A stretch of DNA of 64,000 bases from Picochlorum sp. SENEW3 (GCA_034226945.1 CP120454.1:186001-250000); one strand, 5' to 3'. Positions 50,611 to 61,793 are shown, counted from the first letter of the stretch. A program made the numbers and translations. Notes: generated from the sequence alone by a model not told the origin.

Positions 50611-52797
50611 CTAATCCATGAATTCAACAGCTTCCTTCAAATTCATATCTTTCGCCGGGGTAATACTCCATGACGAATCTGCATCCCCATGGAGGACCAA
50701 CACCATGTCATGATACTCTAGCAGCGTGGGTCTGTGGCCAACGCTCACACATGTAATACCAGAATTTTTCAAGGCATGATACAAGATGCGTTCATTCTTT
50801 GTATCCAATGCCGATGTGGATTCATCCATTAGAACAAGCGCTGGCTTTGTTAACAGCACTCGCGCAAATGCCAAACGCTGTTGCTCACCAAGCGACAGCT
50901 CTGCAGCCCAGTCTGCGAGATAATCCAAATCATTGTCTATTCTGGATAGCACGGCATCCAAACGGACTGTCGAAAGCGCTTCCAACATCTCTTTATCAGT
51001 TGGAATCTTTCTGACAGCGGTATCATTATTGTCTTCACCCGTGGTTGCCCATGTAGGATACAACAACTGGTCCCGAACTGTGCCCAAAACCATGTACGGC
51101 CTTTGTGGCACAAAGAATATATCTCCGCCACCCTCAACGCGCCCCACGGGCGATCCAAACAAAGTAATAGTACCTGACCCGTTCTCCCACAGACCCGCAA
51201 TAGCCCTCAGCAAACTGGTCTTCCCAGATCCACTCGGTCCCATGACAAGGAAGGACTGTCCCTCCACGACATGCAATCCCAAGCCTCTGATCAGCACTGC
51301 ATTCTCATCCTTCGGCAGCATCAAATCCAGTGAATCAACATCTAACAATTTCGAGCCATTTTTAGACGACTCAATCCTCTGAATTTTATGCCGAAGGACA
51401 GCATGCGTCTCTGTCACATCCACAACTGTATGCGTAGTCTCCCCAAACACCTCTGTCAACTCTCCCAACCTATCAATAACCGCACTAAACCCAGCCAATG
51501 CTTCAAACTGAAACACAACCAATGAAATATCCGTCAAAATATGATTGAAAGCTGACGAACTTTGATTCACCACCCCAAATTCGATACTCCCTTTGAAATA
51601 CAAGGGCGCCACTACCGCAGCAGGCAATATTTGAATCAAAAACCTATAAAATGACGTAAAGAAGCTCAATCGTCTCGACGCAACCAACAAATTCCCATAA
51701 TTCTGAACCACAGATTGAAGTCGCTTCATCAACAAGTTGCCCTCCTTCTCTTCTCCTCCATAAAATGCAATACTTTCAGCATTCTCCCGCACTCTGACCA
51801 ACCCATATCGAAAATCTGCCTCTGCCGCCTCTTGAAGAAAATTCAAGCCGATCAAAGGCCTTCCTATCGCAATGGACGCCAAGGTTCCACCAATTGAATA
51901 AATCAACAATGCGATAAACAGGGGTGGATATATGGAGAATAATATTCCCGAGAAACTAATCAAATCCACTGCAGAATTCAACAGAGTCATGGTCAATGAC
52001 AGTGTGGTATCTGTAAACTGAGCCACATCGCTGGTTATTCTTTGATCTGGGTTATCCAACATGGCAGACGATTGAATCGTATAGAACCTTCTCTTCTCAA
52101 AATACTCTTCCGTCAATCTCGTGGTCATCCACTCCCTCCAATCCAATGCCAATTTGCTTTGATAATAATCCCTCATGACAAACACAGGAATCCCCACGCA
52201 CAATGCAACCAACCACTTGCCCAGCATCTCTGCAAATTTAGCCTCATCCTTTGCGGACAGAGCATTGAAGAAATCCCTTCCTAAATAACTGAACAGAACA
52301 GAAACACCAGTCGTTGCCAGCGTCAACCCCACCAACCGTGCCAACTTCCACCTGGCACTCTTCACCTGTGGGCCCTCTCTCCAGTACGGGAGCGCCAGCA
52401 CAGACAATCTCGCCGCAATCACATTCAGATCCGTCGATGGACCAACACTACCCTTGGTCCCATCATCATGCTGATCAGATGAAGAAGAAGACGAAGCAAC
52501 TACAAACCCTTTGCCAGCTCCACTCATCATCCCCATCTGCTTCTTCTTCCTCTTCCCATACACCGACGCATATCCACCCCGCCGAAGCATCTTGAACGCT
52601 TTCAATGCCGAAGAATACGTCTCCACGGCACCCATACCAAAACCTCCTCGCCTACACCCGTTTCCTTCTTCTTGACCAGAGAAACTCAACCGACACCTAC
52701 GAACTCTCACACAACCACCCAGCGCCCTTGTTCTTCTATCAAATGTTCCAATCTCTCCTGTACTATGACGAGTACCTTGCGACAATCCTGCTTTCAT
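50611..52797 (-). CDS. ABCD2: ABC transporter D family half-transporter, chloroplastic
   Basis: DNPDQRI, EADFRYGLVRVRENAESIAFY, Walker A GPSGSGKT, LSLGEQQR, DESTSALD and SVGHR. Confidence 0.92.
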   Translation of the reverse strand: MKAGLSQGTRHSTGEIGTFDRRTRALGGCVRVRRCRLSFSGQEEGNGCRRGGFGMGAVETYSSALKAFKMLRRGGYASVYGKRKKKQMGMMSGAGKGFVVASSSSSSDQHDDGTKGSVGPSTDLNVIAARLSVLALPYWREGPQVKSARWKLARLVGLTLATTGVSVLFSYLGRDFFNALSAKDEAKFAEMLGKWLVALCVGIPVFVMRDYYQSKLALDWREWMTTRLTEEYFEKRRFYTIQSSAMLDNPDQRITSDVAQFTDTTLSLTMTLLNSAVDLISFSGILFSIYPPLFIALLIYSIGGTLASIAIGRPLIGLNFLQEAAEADFRYGLVRVRENAESIAFYGGEEKEGNLLMKRLQSVVQNYGNLLVASRRLSFFTSFYRFLIQILPAAVVAPLYFKGSIEFGVVNQSSSAFNHILTDISLVVFQFEALAGFSAVIDRLGELTEVFGETTHTVVDVTETHAVLRHKIQRIESSKNGSKLLDVDSLDLMLPKDENAVLIRGLGLHVVEGQSFLVMGPSGSGKTSLLRAIAGLWENGSGTITLFGSPVGRVEGGGDIFFVPQRPYMVLGTVRDQLLYPTWATTGEDNNDTAVRKIPTDKEMLEALSTVRLDAVLSRIDNDLDYLADWAAELSLGEQQRLAFARVLLTKPALVLMDESTSALDTKNERILYHALKNSGITCVSVGHRPTLLEYHDMVLVLHGDADSSWSITPAKDMNLKEAVEFMD

Positions 52798-52977
52798 TCT
52801 CGCTCTCTGTTTGAAATGATAATAATCATGAGATTATCATCATCACCAGAATACCCCCTGAAGCTTCATCATTGCTTCATAAAAAAGTAATAATTACAGT
52901 AGTGTTGTTGTTATGACGATGGCAGTAGCAGACCTGGTATTCACAGCATATCATTACAAACCACACATGCTAAGACT

Positions 52978-52999
52978 AGATCTCTTATCTAAGAGATCT
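52978..52999. promoter_or_regulatory. Perfect 10-bp inverted repeat AGATCTCTTA-TC-TAAGAGATCT
   Basis: Lies near the middle of the divergent ABCD2/TK intergenic region. Confidence 0.45.
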
Positions 53000-53113
53000 C
53001 TGATCATGCGCATGCATGTTTTATTACAATTTACAGAATAGATCAAGAACGCCTCCTATACATATGTCTATAATAATAACTAATACTAATACTACTACTA
53101 ATAATAAATAATA

Positions 53114-53917
53114 ATGGTATGGCAGTCTCTGCTACGTCAGAGCCATACCATCCTGGTAGCACGGACTGTTGCTCTTACAGCAACAGCACAACGACTCCAA
53201 ACAGCATGGCCCTGCATCCTCGGAACGAGATGCACGCGACACGGCATCATCCGTAGTACTCGTCTGTGCAGCAGAGATGAACACGAGTACTGTACCAGTA
53301 GTAGACCACCAGTAGCAGGACAGGAGTTGGAATCATCATCAGAGTATCCTCGGGGAAGAATTGACATCATTATAGGTCCCATGTTTTCAGGTAAAACTAG
53401 TACATTAGTAGAACGTATAGATGCATTACAACAGCGTACGAAGAAACACGCTCCCCCCAGCGTGTTGATAGTAAAGAGTGACAAGGATGTCAGGTATTCT
53501 GCACATCACATTGTCACCCACACTGGCATACACAAGCCCTGCCACGCTGTCTCATCGTTGCATGACGTATATAGTACTATGAAAGAAGAGTATGACGCCA
53601 GTACCATCATTGCGATCGATGAAGCCCAATTCTTTGGGAGCGAGTTGGTTGACTTTTGCACCAGAGCTGCTGATGAGCATCACAAGCATGTCATTGTGGC
53701 TGGACTGGATGGAGATTTCATGAGGAAAAAGTTTGGGTTCATCCTGGATATGATTCCAGTCGCGGACTCTGTTGTCAAATTGACGGCGTCATGTCGGTAT
53801 TGTGATGATCAAGCTGTATTCTCCTTGCGATTGACAGAGTCTATGGAGCAGGAGCAGATTGGTGGGTCTGAGCGATACGTGGCTGTGTGCCGAAAGCATT
53901 ATATATCATTGTTGTAA
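53114..53917 (+). CDS. TK: Thymidine kinase, organelle-targeted
   Basis: GPMFSGKT, IAIDEAQFF, VAGLDGDF, CRYC, EQIGGSERY and VCRKHY. Confidence 0.95.
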   Translation: MVWQSLLRQSHTILVARTVALTATAQRLQTAWPCILGTRCTRHGIIRSTRLCSRDEHEYCTSSRPPVAGQELESSSEYPRGRIDIIIGPMFSGKTSTLVERIDALQQRTKKHAPPSVLIVKSDKDVRYSAHHIVTHTGIHKPCHAVSSLHDVYSTMKEEYDASTIIAIDEAQFFGSELVDFCTRAADEHHKHVIVAGLDGDFMRKKFGFILDMIPVADSVVKLTASCRYCDDQAVFSLRLTESMEQEQIGGSERYVAVCRKHYISLL

Positions 53918-53947
53918 TAATATTACTTGTAGTAGTGGAGTATAAAA

Positions 53948-54301
53948 ATGAGTAGCGGAGGGGGAGAATCTGCTGAACAGCAGGTGTCGCCTCAGTTGCA
54001 ACAATTCATTGCACAGGAGCAGGCAAAAGCACAGGTATTTGACTGATAGTATGAGCGATGTGTCATTAATGGTGCACAGTAATGGTATATGAGTGTATCT
54101 GTGCAGTTGCAACAGACGATTTCTCGTTTGACGGATGAATGCTGGGATACGTGTGTGTCTTCTCCAGGGACGTATTTTACTGGACGGGAGAATGCGTGTT
54201 TGGAGAATTGTGCCAAGAGGTTTTTAGATACGACCAAGTTTGTGGTCAAGTATTATCAGAGCAAGAGCGGGAGTCGTGGGAGTTTGGATGAGTTTTCATA
54301 G
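53948..54301 (+). CDS. TIM8: Small Tim chaperone TIM8
   Basis: PQLQQFIAQEQAKAQ|LQQ (intron 54035-54106); twin CX3C motifs CWDTC and CLENCAKRFLDT. Confidence 0.9.
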
Positions 54302-54394
54302 AGCATTTTTGTATTCATTTTTCATCTCTCCTCATGAGAATGATACATGGCTCTCTTTTCTATGTATGTATATTCATGTTACAGAGACATCATG

Positions 54395-56396
54395 TTAATG
54401 CGATGGAGAAAATCCTACAATCTGTTGACGACAGAATGGGCAGAGGGGTGGCTTTTTGTCCTGTGCTGTAAGATTTCGTGCACATGTAATACAGAGTTCG
54501 TGGCCACATTGGTGAAAGTTGACTTGGACAAGGGCGTCCAGGCATACACCGCACTCTCTACTGTCTGTCCTTGATTGATATATACTATCGAGTGCTTCGC
54601 AAGTGCTGTTTTCTGATGATTCCAAATCCTTACCATCACAGCAATCTTCTACCGAGTCATTTTTCATCATGCATGGGTCATCAAATGAGAGACTGGGGTC
54701 ATTCATTGGGGTATGGAGCTTCTTTCTCAGGTTGCGATAGGATGGTATCTTGGAAAGGCAGTTCTCGCTGTGGACCCGAATGATGCCTCGTCCGGGGGTA
54801 TCTTCCTGTATATCTACATCTGCAGAGTCGGCGGAGGAGGGGCTTGTGCCTGCAAACATGAGGGTGTCGGCTGTTGCATGGCGCCAATGTGTTGCAACAC
54901 GCGGCACACTGTCTTCCGTTGTGCTCTTCTTTTTTGACACCTCTTGTTCAAATTCATCCAACCATGCTAACATACTCTGTTGAATCACGTGTGCACAGAT
55001 TGAAGAGAGTCGCTTTGCACCAAGGCCTTGTTGTGCATCTCTCACAGTATCCAAAGCAGTATCAATGCTGACCCTTGGATCTACCAGACGCATGAGATTT
55101 CTTCTACCACGCTCTCTCGCCAAATGATACGAGAGTCTCCTATGACAGTTTCGAATAGATCGAATATCAGTCCTTGAATGGCCTTCCCATGCTCTCCTTC
55201 CCGCCTCAGTCATTGGTCCTGCAGCACTCATCAACTCTGCATGCGCTTGAAGAAGGGCATGTGCAATACTCATATTGTTCACAAGAACAGCAATATGGAG
55301 AGGAGATGATCCAGGATTGAGATACTCTTCTCCAATAAATGCATCTCCATCCGTTTTCACCATGGTTGCTGCTCCTCGTCTCAAGAGCACCTGTACAGTT
55401 TCTACATTCCCAGACACTGTCGCAAAATGCAATGCTGTCAATCCTCCGAAAGCTCTCTGATCTATGTATTTTGCTTGAGACACTTGCAAGTCCTGCACGA
55501 TGTAATCCCGCAGCACTACCTTGTGGCCTCCCTTGGCGTCTACTAACATATCATCTCGTGTCAACAGATCGACACATGCCGCACGCCCTGCGATTGCGGC
55601 ATAATGCAAGCATGTTCTCGAATTTATCAAGTCTAGAGCAAGAGGATCTGCTCCAGCATCGAACAGCATCTCAACAATGTCATCATATCTGCACATATAT
55701 AGAGTGTGATGTTCAAAATGTATATATACAACAATCCCACATCACGTAGATGCACCTACCCTTTATCGCACGCAACCATCAATGGCGTTGTACCTCTATT
55801 TGTTCTCTGATTCACTATATAGTGCAACAGAGTGCCCTTCTCTGCCACCCCATCCTCCATCTGCTGTGCAGAGTATTCTCTGCATGATTCTATGATGGCC
55901 CTGCATGTATCAGAATCTCCATGCATAATGGCTCTATGCAGTGGAGACAACGTTCCATGGAAACCAGTAAAGGCAGCCAATCGGGGCTTTCTAGCTAATA
56001 TCTGCAGCACCATGAATGATCCCTGTCAGTAGTAGGCAACAGATACCAGGGTGACAACAACGACGGAAGTCTCAGTATGTCCACCCAGTAGCATGTGACG
56101 CGCATGATTCAAGCATAAAGAATCGTGATTAATCCATCAATGGTGTCCAAGGCATACAAAAGCATCGCTTGAAAGCCAACCGTCGTCCGCGTCAGCACCA
56201 GGGTTTTCGTTTGAAAAATCAACCTCTCCCAACCTCCAGAGACCCGGTGTATCCGAGACTAATAACACATCATCTCTTATTATGGCCGTACCTCTTTTAC
56301 ATCGCGCGTATTACCTCTGTCGGCTCCTTTCAACAACTTCCCCGCCGAGGTGAAGTTCAAGCCAAGGAACACGGACAGGGAAGCCCGAAGCGACAT
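54395..56396 (-). CDS. Ankyrin-repeat RING-HC E3 ligase (XB3/XBAT31-like)
   Basis: Ankyrin motifs SPLH, TPLM, TCLHYAA and TALHFA; RING CGVC...CGHELCITC...CPFCR. Introns 56002-56291 and 55689-55759. Confidence 0.88.
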
Positions 56397-56844
56397 TTGT
56401 TCCTCTTCAGATATCCAGTAAATTCACAGATATTGTATTGAATACCAGAATCACCGCAACAGCTCATTCAGAAGCGCGGTGGGATTCAACGGGTCGGTCG
56501 GAGCACACGACTGGCCACCACGATCACTTTCAACATCGTAGGGTACCTCGTTTTAGTCGCTGTACTGATTTTGATGATTTTTAAGAGTCGGTTTGTATTT
56601 TTTCTGGTCTATGGTTGTGCTCGAACAAGGGTCTCGTATTTTTTTACTCGGATGATTCCAGGTGTGATCGCGCCTCGAGTCCATGGATCCATGTCCGGAC
56701 TTGGCCAAGTAGCTACATTGCTGCTTTCCATTTTCATGTGTCACGAAACAGCACATGATATGCTCCTTGGCACCTTGAGACGACACAAAACCTCATCATT
56801 ATTTATGCATGCATGCATGATTGTGATTGTTAAATGAAAATGTC

Positions 56845-58695
56845 TTACATGAAAGGAGTAAATGGAATGGCTCCTGCACTCAGGGTTCTTGGCATATCTG
56901 GATAAATTCCGTTGAGTTTCAAACCTGCACAAAGCCCAATGATGTCATCGGTTGCAGTGGAATGATCTCCGGAGAATAAATATGATCCACGGGCGAGTGC
57001 AAACCCTCTGGTTCCATCTGGGCCCCGTGGCATCCTGGATGGTTTGGTCTGCTGGTTGACTTTTGATGCTCGCAAGTGGAGATGCTGAAGCTTTGATGGA
57101 AGTTTGGTATCAGCCTCTGACGTGGCGTTGGTACCAGACTTTTCCTTTGTTCTGATACGGCACGCAATTGGTTCTGAACCATTCTTTTGATGCAACGTGA
57201 AGTAGACGACATCTCCGACATCCACAGGGTCCTTGGGTGAGAGATCAGACTTGTGGAAGTAGAGGCGCTGCTGTGGGCTCCTCTTTGCTGTGTGATCACT
57301 CGTCTCTTCGGAAGACGAGGGAATGATTCCATTCCATGTGAGAAAGCCGAATCCCTTTGGACCTTTGGCACTGTCTTTGATACTGACAATTGTACCTACA
57401 GATTTGACTGGATGGACTTGTACTGCTCTTCTGGCAATGAGGTTTGCAACCAGTCCTTTTCCTGACATGTGCGCCGAGACCATGGCATTCACATCAGTTA
57501 ATATTTTAAAAGTGATATGATCCCCGACTCGTAACGCAGAAATGCCGTCACTTTCACTGGCATGGAAGAGAATCTTCATCTTGGGGGTGGTACTCCATGC
57601 TTTACTGTCAAACCTGTTCTGTTTCTTTAGATTCAAAGGCTTTTCAATAAAGTCAATGACTCCAGGAGACTTTGACATGTTTGGTTTTCCAACAACGACG
57701 CCATGATACTCACATTCACTCACAGTCTCAAATGTAACGGATCCAGGAGGAGCTCTGGTGACATGACATGCACATGGTCGTCCATCCTTGTCCTTCTTTA
57801 CGACAAACTTCAAATCGTCCCCAACCTGGAGTTTTTCTGGATCCTTATCAACCTCTGAGAAGTGGAAGAAGAGGTCCGATGAATGTCCTAGCCTTTTGAT
57901 GAATCCAAACTCCTTTTTCAGGAGAATAACTTTACCCATTTGAGGATCCTCATGCACACGTGCCTCTGCCTTCTCCGCCGCGTCGAGCGCAACCTTATCA
58001 ACCTTGACATCGTATGCTATGTATATTTTTGTCGTTGTCTGCTGCGCCAAATTGAACTGCACAGGGTGACCAATCTGCAGTGGTGTGTCGCTCTCAGACA
58101 CTCGACAAGTCCCAAAGAAGGCTTGCTGCTGGCAACCTTCCTGATCGATAAAACTGATCATCCCATCATCGACCTGGGCATCTGTAGATACATTTGAGGG
58201 TAATGAATAGACAGTTCCAGTATATACCCCATCAATCGTCACCTCCTTGGGCCTTGGCTCTGCGCTCCTGATGGTGACAATATTCTTTGCAACTGCTTTT
58301 GTGCCAGGCTCAGTGCTCTGTTCCAGCGTGAATCGAACCAATGAACCACCATGACACTTTTTATCAGTATCTTTCACATGGAAATACACACGAGACTCCA
58401 ACTCGGGAGATTTAATGAATCCAAATCCGCCATGACGAACAGCCACAATGCCAGTGTACATCACCTCTCCAGAAGCACTATCGTCTGCAACCCCCTGCTC
58501 CCCATTCGCCTCATCCTTCTTCTTCTTTTTCCTCTTCTTCTTCTTTTCAAGTGCATCTGCATTATTGTCATCGGCACATTGCTCCTCGAGAAGAAGCGTT
58601 TCCGAGCTTCCCTTCTTGAGCTCTGTCAAGGCGTCCTCTTCCGCAGACAAGATCTTTCTTCCCTCAACAAGTCCTTCCGCTTCCAATACCGTCAT
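56845..58695 (-). CDS. Multi-cold-shock-domain RNA-binding protein (UNR/CSDE1-like)
   Basis: Three canonical CSDs (FGFIK..VYFH, FGFIK..LFFH, FGFL..LYFH) alternate with degenerate ones. C-terminal RMPRGPDGTRGF and TLSAGAIPFTP. Confidence 0.8.
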   Translation of the reverse strand: MTVLEAEGLVEGRKILSAEEDALTELKKGSSETLLLEEQCADDNNADALEKKKKRKKKKKDEANGEQGVADDSASGEVMYTGIVAVRHGGFGFIKSPELESRVYFHVKDTDKKCHGGSLVRFTLEQSTEPGTKAVAKNIVTIRSAEPRPKEVTIDGVYTGTVYSLPSNVSTDAQVDDGMISFIDQEGCQQQAFFGTCRVSESDTPLQIGHPVQFNLAQQTTTKIYIAYDVKVDKVALDAAEKAEARVHEDPQMGKVILLKKEFGFIKRLGHSSDLFFHFSEVDKDPEKLQVGDDLKFVVKKDKDGRPCACHVTRAPPGSVTFETVSECEYHGVVVGKPNMSKSPGVIDFIEKPLNLKKQNRFDSKAWSTTPKMKILFHASESDGISALRVGDHITFKILTDVNAMVSAHMSGKGLVANLIARRAVQVHPVKSVGTIVSIKDSAKGPKGFGFLTWNGIIPSSSEETSDHTAKRSPQQRLYFHKSDLSPKDPVDVGDVVYFTLHQKNGSEPIACRIRTKEKSGTNATSEADTKLPSKLQHLHLRASKVNQQTKPSRMPRGPDGTRGFALARGSYLFSGDHSTATDDIIGLCAGLKLNGIYPDMPRTLSAGAIPFTPFM

Positions 58696-59170
58696 TTCAG
58701 GTATAATGTATCCTATTCACTCACCAAAACTGCCCTAACGTCTTCGTTCGAGCGAAACACTGAATCGTCTTTCAAATCAAGAGCCTCCGCCGTTGCGTAC
58801 AGAGACGTGCTTCTTTCAATACAGAATACAGTATGATTGTACCAGATATATCTTTATACAACCAGCAGTGAAAAGAAACGACCGCGACACGCGCCGACCT
58901 GGTGAAAGCAGATTTTCGCTGACTCGTCGCTCCAGCGCCGAGAGAGAGAAAAGATGCTCAGTTGCACGTCTTGGGGAACAAACACCGTGTGTGATTGCTC
59001 CCAAATGAATTTCAAAGACGACGGGGTGAGCAGCTGCTGTCTGGACTTGTATTCCGTGCATGCAAGAGCACTCGGGGGCGCCATTGGGATTGTCCCAAAG
59101 GACACCTGTCCCACTTGTCTTGGAAAACCAATTGCTCGGACGGGAAATATCGGTTTTACAAACGCATTCA

Positions 59171-60229
59171 TCATACAATAACACTAGACTTGATCAGTGA
59201 CCTAAACTCACCGCTGTGGGACCACGCATCAATCTCGCGTGCTCGCAAAACTGGGAGTGGATGGCTCAGAGCCCTGTTCTGAGCATTTCTGAGGTACCAT
59301 CCCATTGGACTCGATGTAGCCTTTTCATACGATCGAGACTGCTCCAAGAATGCATCAACATTCAATTCATTCGCCAATCTCGAAGATCCTCCTGCTAACT
59401 TCATGAAAGAACTCACAACAACTTTTGGATTTTGCGTCACCAACAAGGCAGCGCGGTCACAGCTAAGTTCTGCTGCCCGCAACCATCGCATCACCTGATC
59501 CTCCACTGTTGCCGTGAAAATCGGAAGCAATGACACAGTTCCAAGAGCAAGTACATTTGCTGCAGTCAGCCACACCGCGTGGTCGCATTTCAAATGCCCC
59601 AGCTCATGTGCAATGACTGCCTGCAACTCGGCATCATCCAGCAAATCCAAGAGGGACGTGTGCAACACAATAAACGGCCTCTTGCCCGACAGAGCGAGAG
59701 TGTATGCGTTCGGGACTGGATTTTGACGCACGTACAAATCAGGACAATCCATTCCAAGCGTCTCACAGGCATCCACGAGAAGACTATAGACTGTTGAGAG
59801 CTGATTTGGCCCAACCTGAATGGAGGTGGAGATATTCTCCAGATACAAAATCTCTTCAGCACCCGCACTCATAATCATACTTTTAGCAATAAACTGTAAT
59901 CCAGGCAGAGACTTGAGCATATTTGTGTTCTGTTTATCCAAAGGATGCTGGAAATCCATCCCAGTCAAATCAGGAAACCTATTCTTCTTCAACGTGGGCC
60001 TGGGAACAGCTGCTGGTACGGTGGTTGTAGTAGATGAGGAACTCGTAGCAGAATCCTGAACACTATGCCTCCGTATGTCCATGTATACATTATTTTTGCT
60101 TTGATGAATCCCAAACCCACATGTACGCACGTATGGTCCACTGGGCATTGCCCTGTAACGAGAAGCAGTTCCGTGGTTGTCTCGCCTCGTTCCGAAACTA
60201 TACCGGAGACTGCTCGTTTGAACACTCAT
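59171..60229 (-). CDS. M48 family zinc metallopeptidase, plastoglobule PGM48-like
   Basis: FQHPLD, LYVRQNPVPNAYT, AHELGHLKC, RAAELSCDRA and SHPLPVLR. Confidence 0.92.
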   Translation of the reverse strand: MSVQTSSLRYSFGTRRDNHGTASRYRAMPSGPYVRTCGFGIHQSKNNVYMDIRRHSVQDSATSSSSTTTTVPAAVPRPTLKKNRFPDLTGMDFQHPLDKQNTNMLKSLPGLQFIAKSMIMSAGAEEILYLENISTSIQVGPNQLSTVYSLLVDACETLGMDCPDLYVRQNPVPNAYTLALSGKRPFIVLHTSLLDLLDDAELQAVIAHELGHLKCDHAVWLTAANVLALGTVSLLPIFTATVEDQVMRWLRAAELSCDRAALLVTQNPKVVVSSFMKLAGGSSRLANELNVDAFLEQSRSYEKATSSPMGWYLRNAQNRALSHPLPVLRAREIDAWSHSGEFRSLIKSSVIV

Positions 60230-60438
60230 ATTGTCTATTGTTAAGACGAAGAGATCAATATTGTTGTGGGTGCGTCCCCGAAGAACAAAGGTAATTGATC
60301 GTATGGTTGAGCGAGAGGTATTTTAATGTTCTTTTTACAGAGTCCGATCTGGATAGCATACGAATTGCATGCTGGTATCCATCTACGCATCATCATTCTA
60401 ATTTCATAGATTAAAAAATAGTAGTATTTTGAATCAGG

Positions 60439-61059
60439 ATGAATTCGACGATGATGATGAACGCGTTTAATCAACGCTCGGCCAGGCTTGGGTCCTCTTG
60501 TCCACCTCAAAGCATCTTTCAACAGCGTCCACGGAGTACATGTGCACGTCGTCAGATGGTTCAGGTGCATGCTAGTCTTCCATTTCGAGTGGGACATGGA
60601 TGGGACCTGCACAGATTGGAACCTGGGTACCCATTGATAATTGGAGGCATTGATATTCCTCATGAGAGAGGGTGTGTAGCGCATTCAGATGGGGATGTTC
60701 TTCTGCATACGGTCGTCGATGCTATTTTAGGGGCTCTTTGTCTTCCAGATATCGGGCAGCTGTTCCCTGATAATGATCCCAAGTGGAAGGGTGCTCGTAG
60801 TGACATTTTCCTCAAGGAGGCAGTGAGACTGATGAAAGAAAAGGGATATGAATTGGGTAATATCGACTGCACTATTATTGCGCAAAAGCCTAAATTATCA
60901 CCACACAAGGAGAACATTAGGAATAATCTCTGCGAGATATTAGGAGCTGATCCATCTGTGGTGAATATCAAGGCAAAGACACATGAAAAGGTGGATAGTT
61001 TGGGGGAGAATAGAAGTATTGCATGCGAGGCAGTCGTGTTGCTTTTTAAGTCTGAGTGA
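60439..61059 (+). CDS. ispF: 2-C-methyl-D-erythritol 2,4-cyclodiphosphate synthase
   Basis: RVGHGWDLHRL, HSDGDVLLH, DIGQLFPD and VNIKAKTHE. Confidence 0.97.
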   Translation: MNSTMMMNAFNQRSARLGSSCPPQSIFQQRPRSTCARRQMVQVHASLPFRVGHGWDLHRLEPGYPLIIGGIDIPHERGCVAHSDGDVLLHTVVDAILGALCLPDIGQLFPDNDPKWKGARSDIFLKEAVRLMKEKGYELGNIDCTIIAQKPKLSPHKENIRNNLCEILGADPSVVNIKAKTHEKVDSLGENRSIACEAVVLLFKSE

Positions 61060-61115
61060 TGAACATTATATATACATTACATTGCAATATACATGGTTTT
61101 GAAAGGTTGATATTT

Positions 61116-61793
61116 TCACTGGGTTTGAAACAATTCTGCATTGCACAAGGGGCAGGCAGCTGGTCTGCTATAATCAGTGCTGCTTAAGAACCACTTATCT
61201 ATACATTCGACATGATACTTGTGATGGCACGGCAGAACACGAAGTGCATCTCCTGTGACATAATCCTCGCAACAGATGATGCAGTTTGTGCTGGAAGAGT
61301 TGTTGTGCTCTTCCTCGGAAATGAGTCGGATCAGTTCCTCCTTCTCAATGGGGCCAATCTTTTTCTTCAATCTACATTTGAGTTGGGCGGTACTGCATGC
61401 TTTCAAATCATTCATGGACAAGTATTCTTCTATTGGCAATTTTTGAATAACTCGTGCCATCCTTTTTACTTTTTCCTCCCGTGAGCTACTTGCTCTGTTC
61501 CTTTGACGATTATCATTACCCATCATTCGTCTGGCAAAGTTTGTGCTTGTAAAGAAACTCGCAAAGAGGGCAAGGACACCTCCCCAAAACACCACCTGAG
61601 TAAGTGGGTGTCCTACTGCTGACCATATCCACCCTGTGCCACGTGCAGCGCTATATCTCCAGGCATCAGAGTACAAAATGAAACCTTGAAGAAGGTGAGG
61701 TAAGAAGAATGCTGCCAAGAACATGAGCAGAGACACTAGAACGCCCTGATTGTTCCCAAGCAAGGGTCCCAAGTGCACGTAAAAAATGAGCAT
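61116..61793 (-). CDS. Membrane-anchored RING-H2 E3 ligase (5' end uncertain)
   Basis: CIICCEDY...LRVLPCHHKYHVECIDKW...CPLC; hydrophobic N-terminal segments. Confidence 0.82.
   Translation of the reverse strand: MLIFYVHLGPLLGNNQGVLVSLLMFLAAFFLPHLLQGFILYSDAWRYSAARGTGWIWSAVGHPLTQVVFWGGVLALFASFFTSTNFARRMMGNDNRQRNRASSSREEKVKRMARVIQKLPIEEYLSMNDLKACSTAQLKCRLKKKIGPIEKEELIRLISEEEHNNSSSTNCIICCEDYVTGDALRVLPCHHKYHVECIDKWFLSSTDYSRPAACPLCNAELFQTQ

Noticed and set aside
58700..59184. Short overlapping ORFs between the UNR-like gene and PGM48, including a plus-strand CPTC-containing ORF
   Set aside because: No recognisable domain or convincing splice model; the region is adequately explained as 3' UTR plus promoter.
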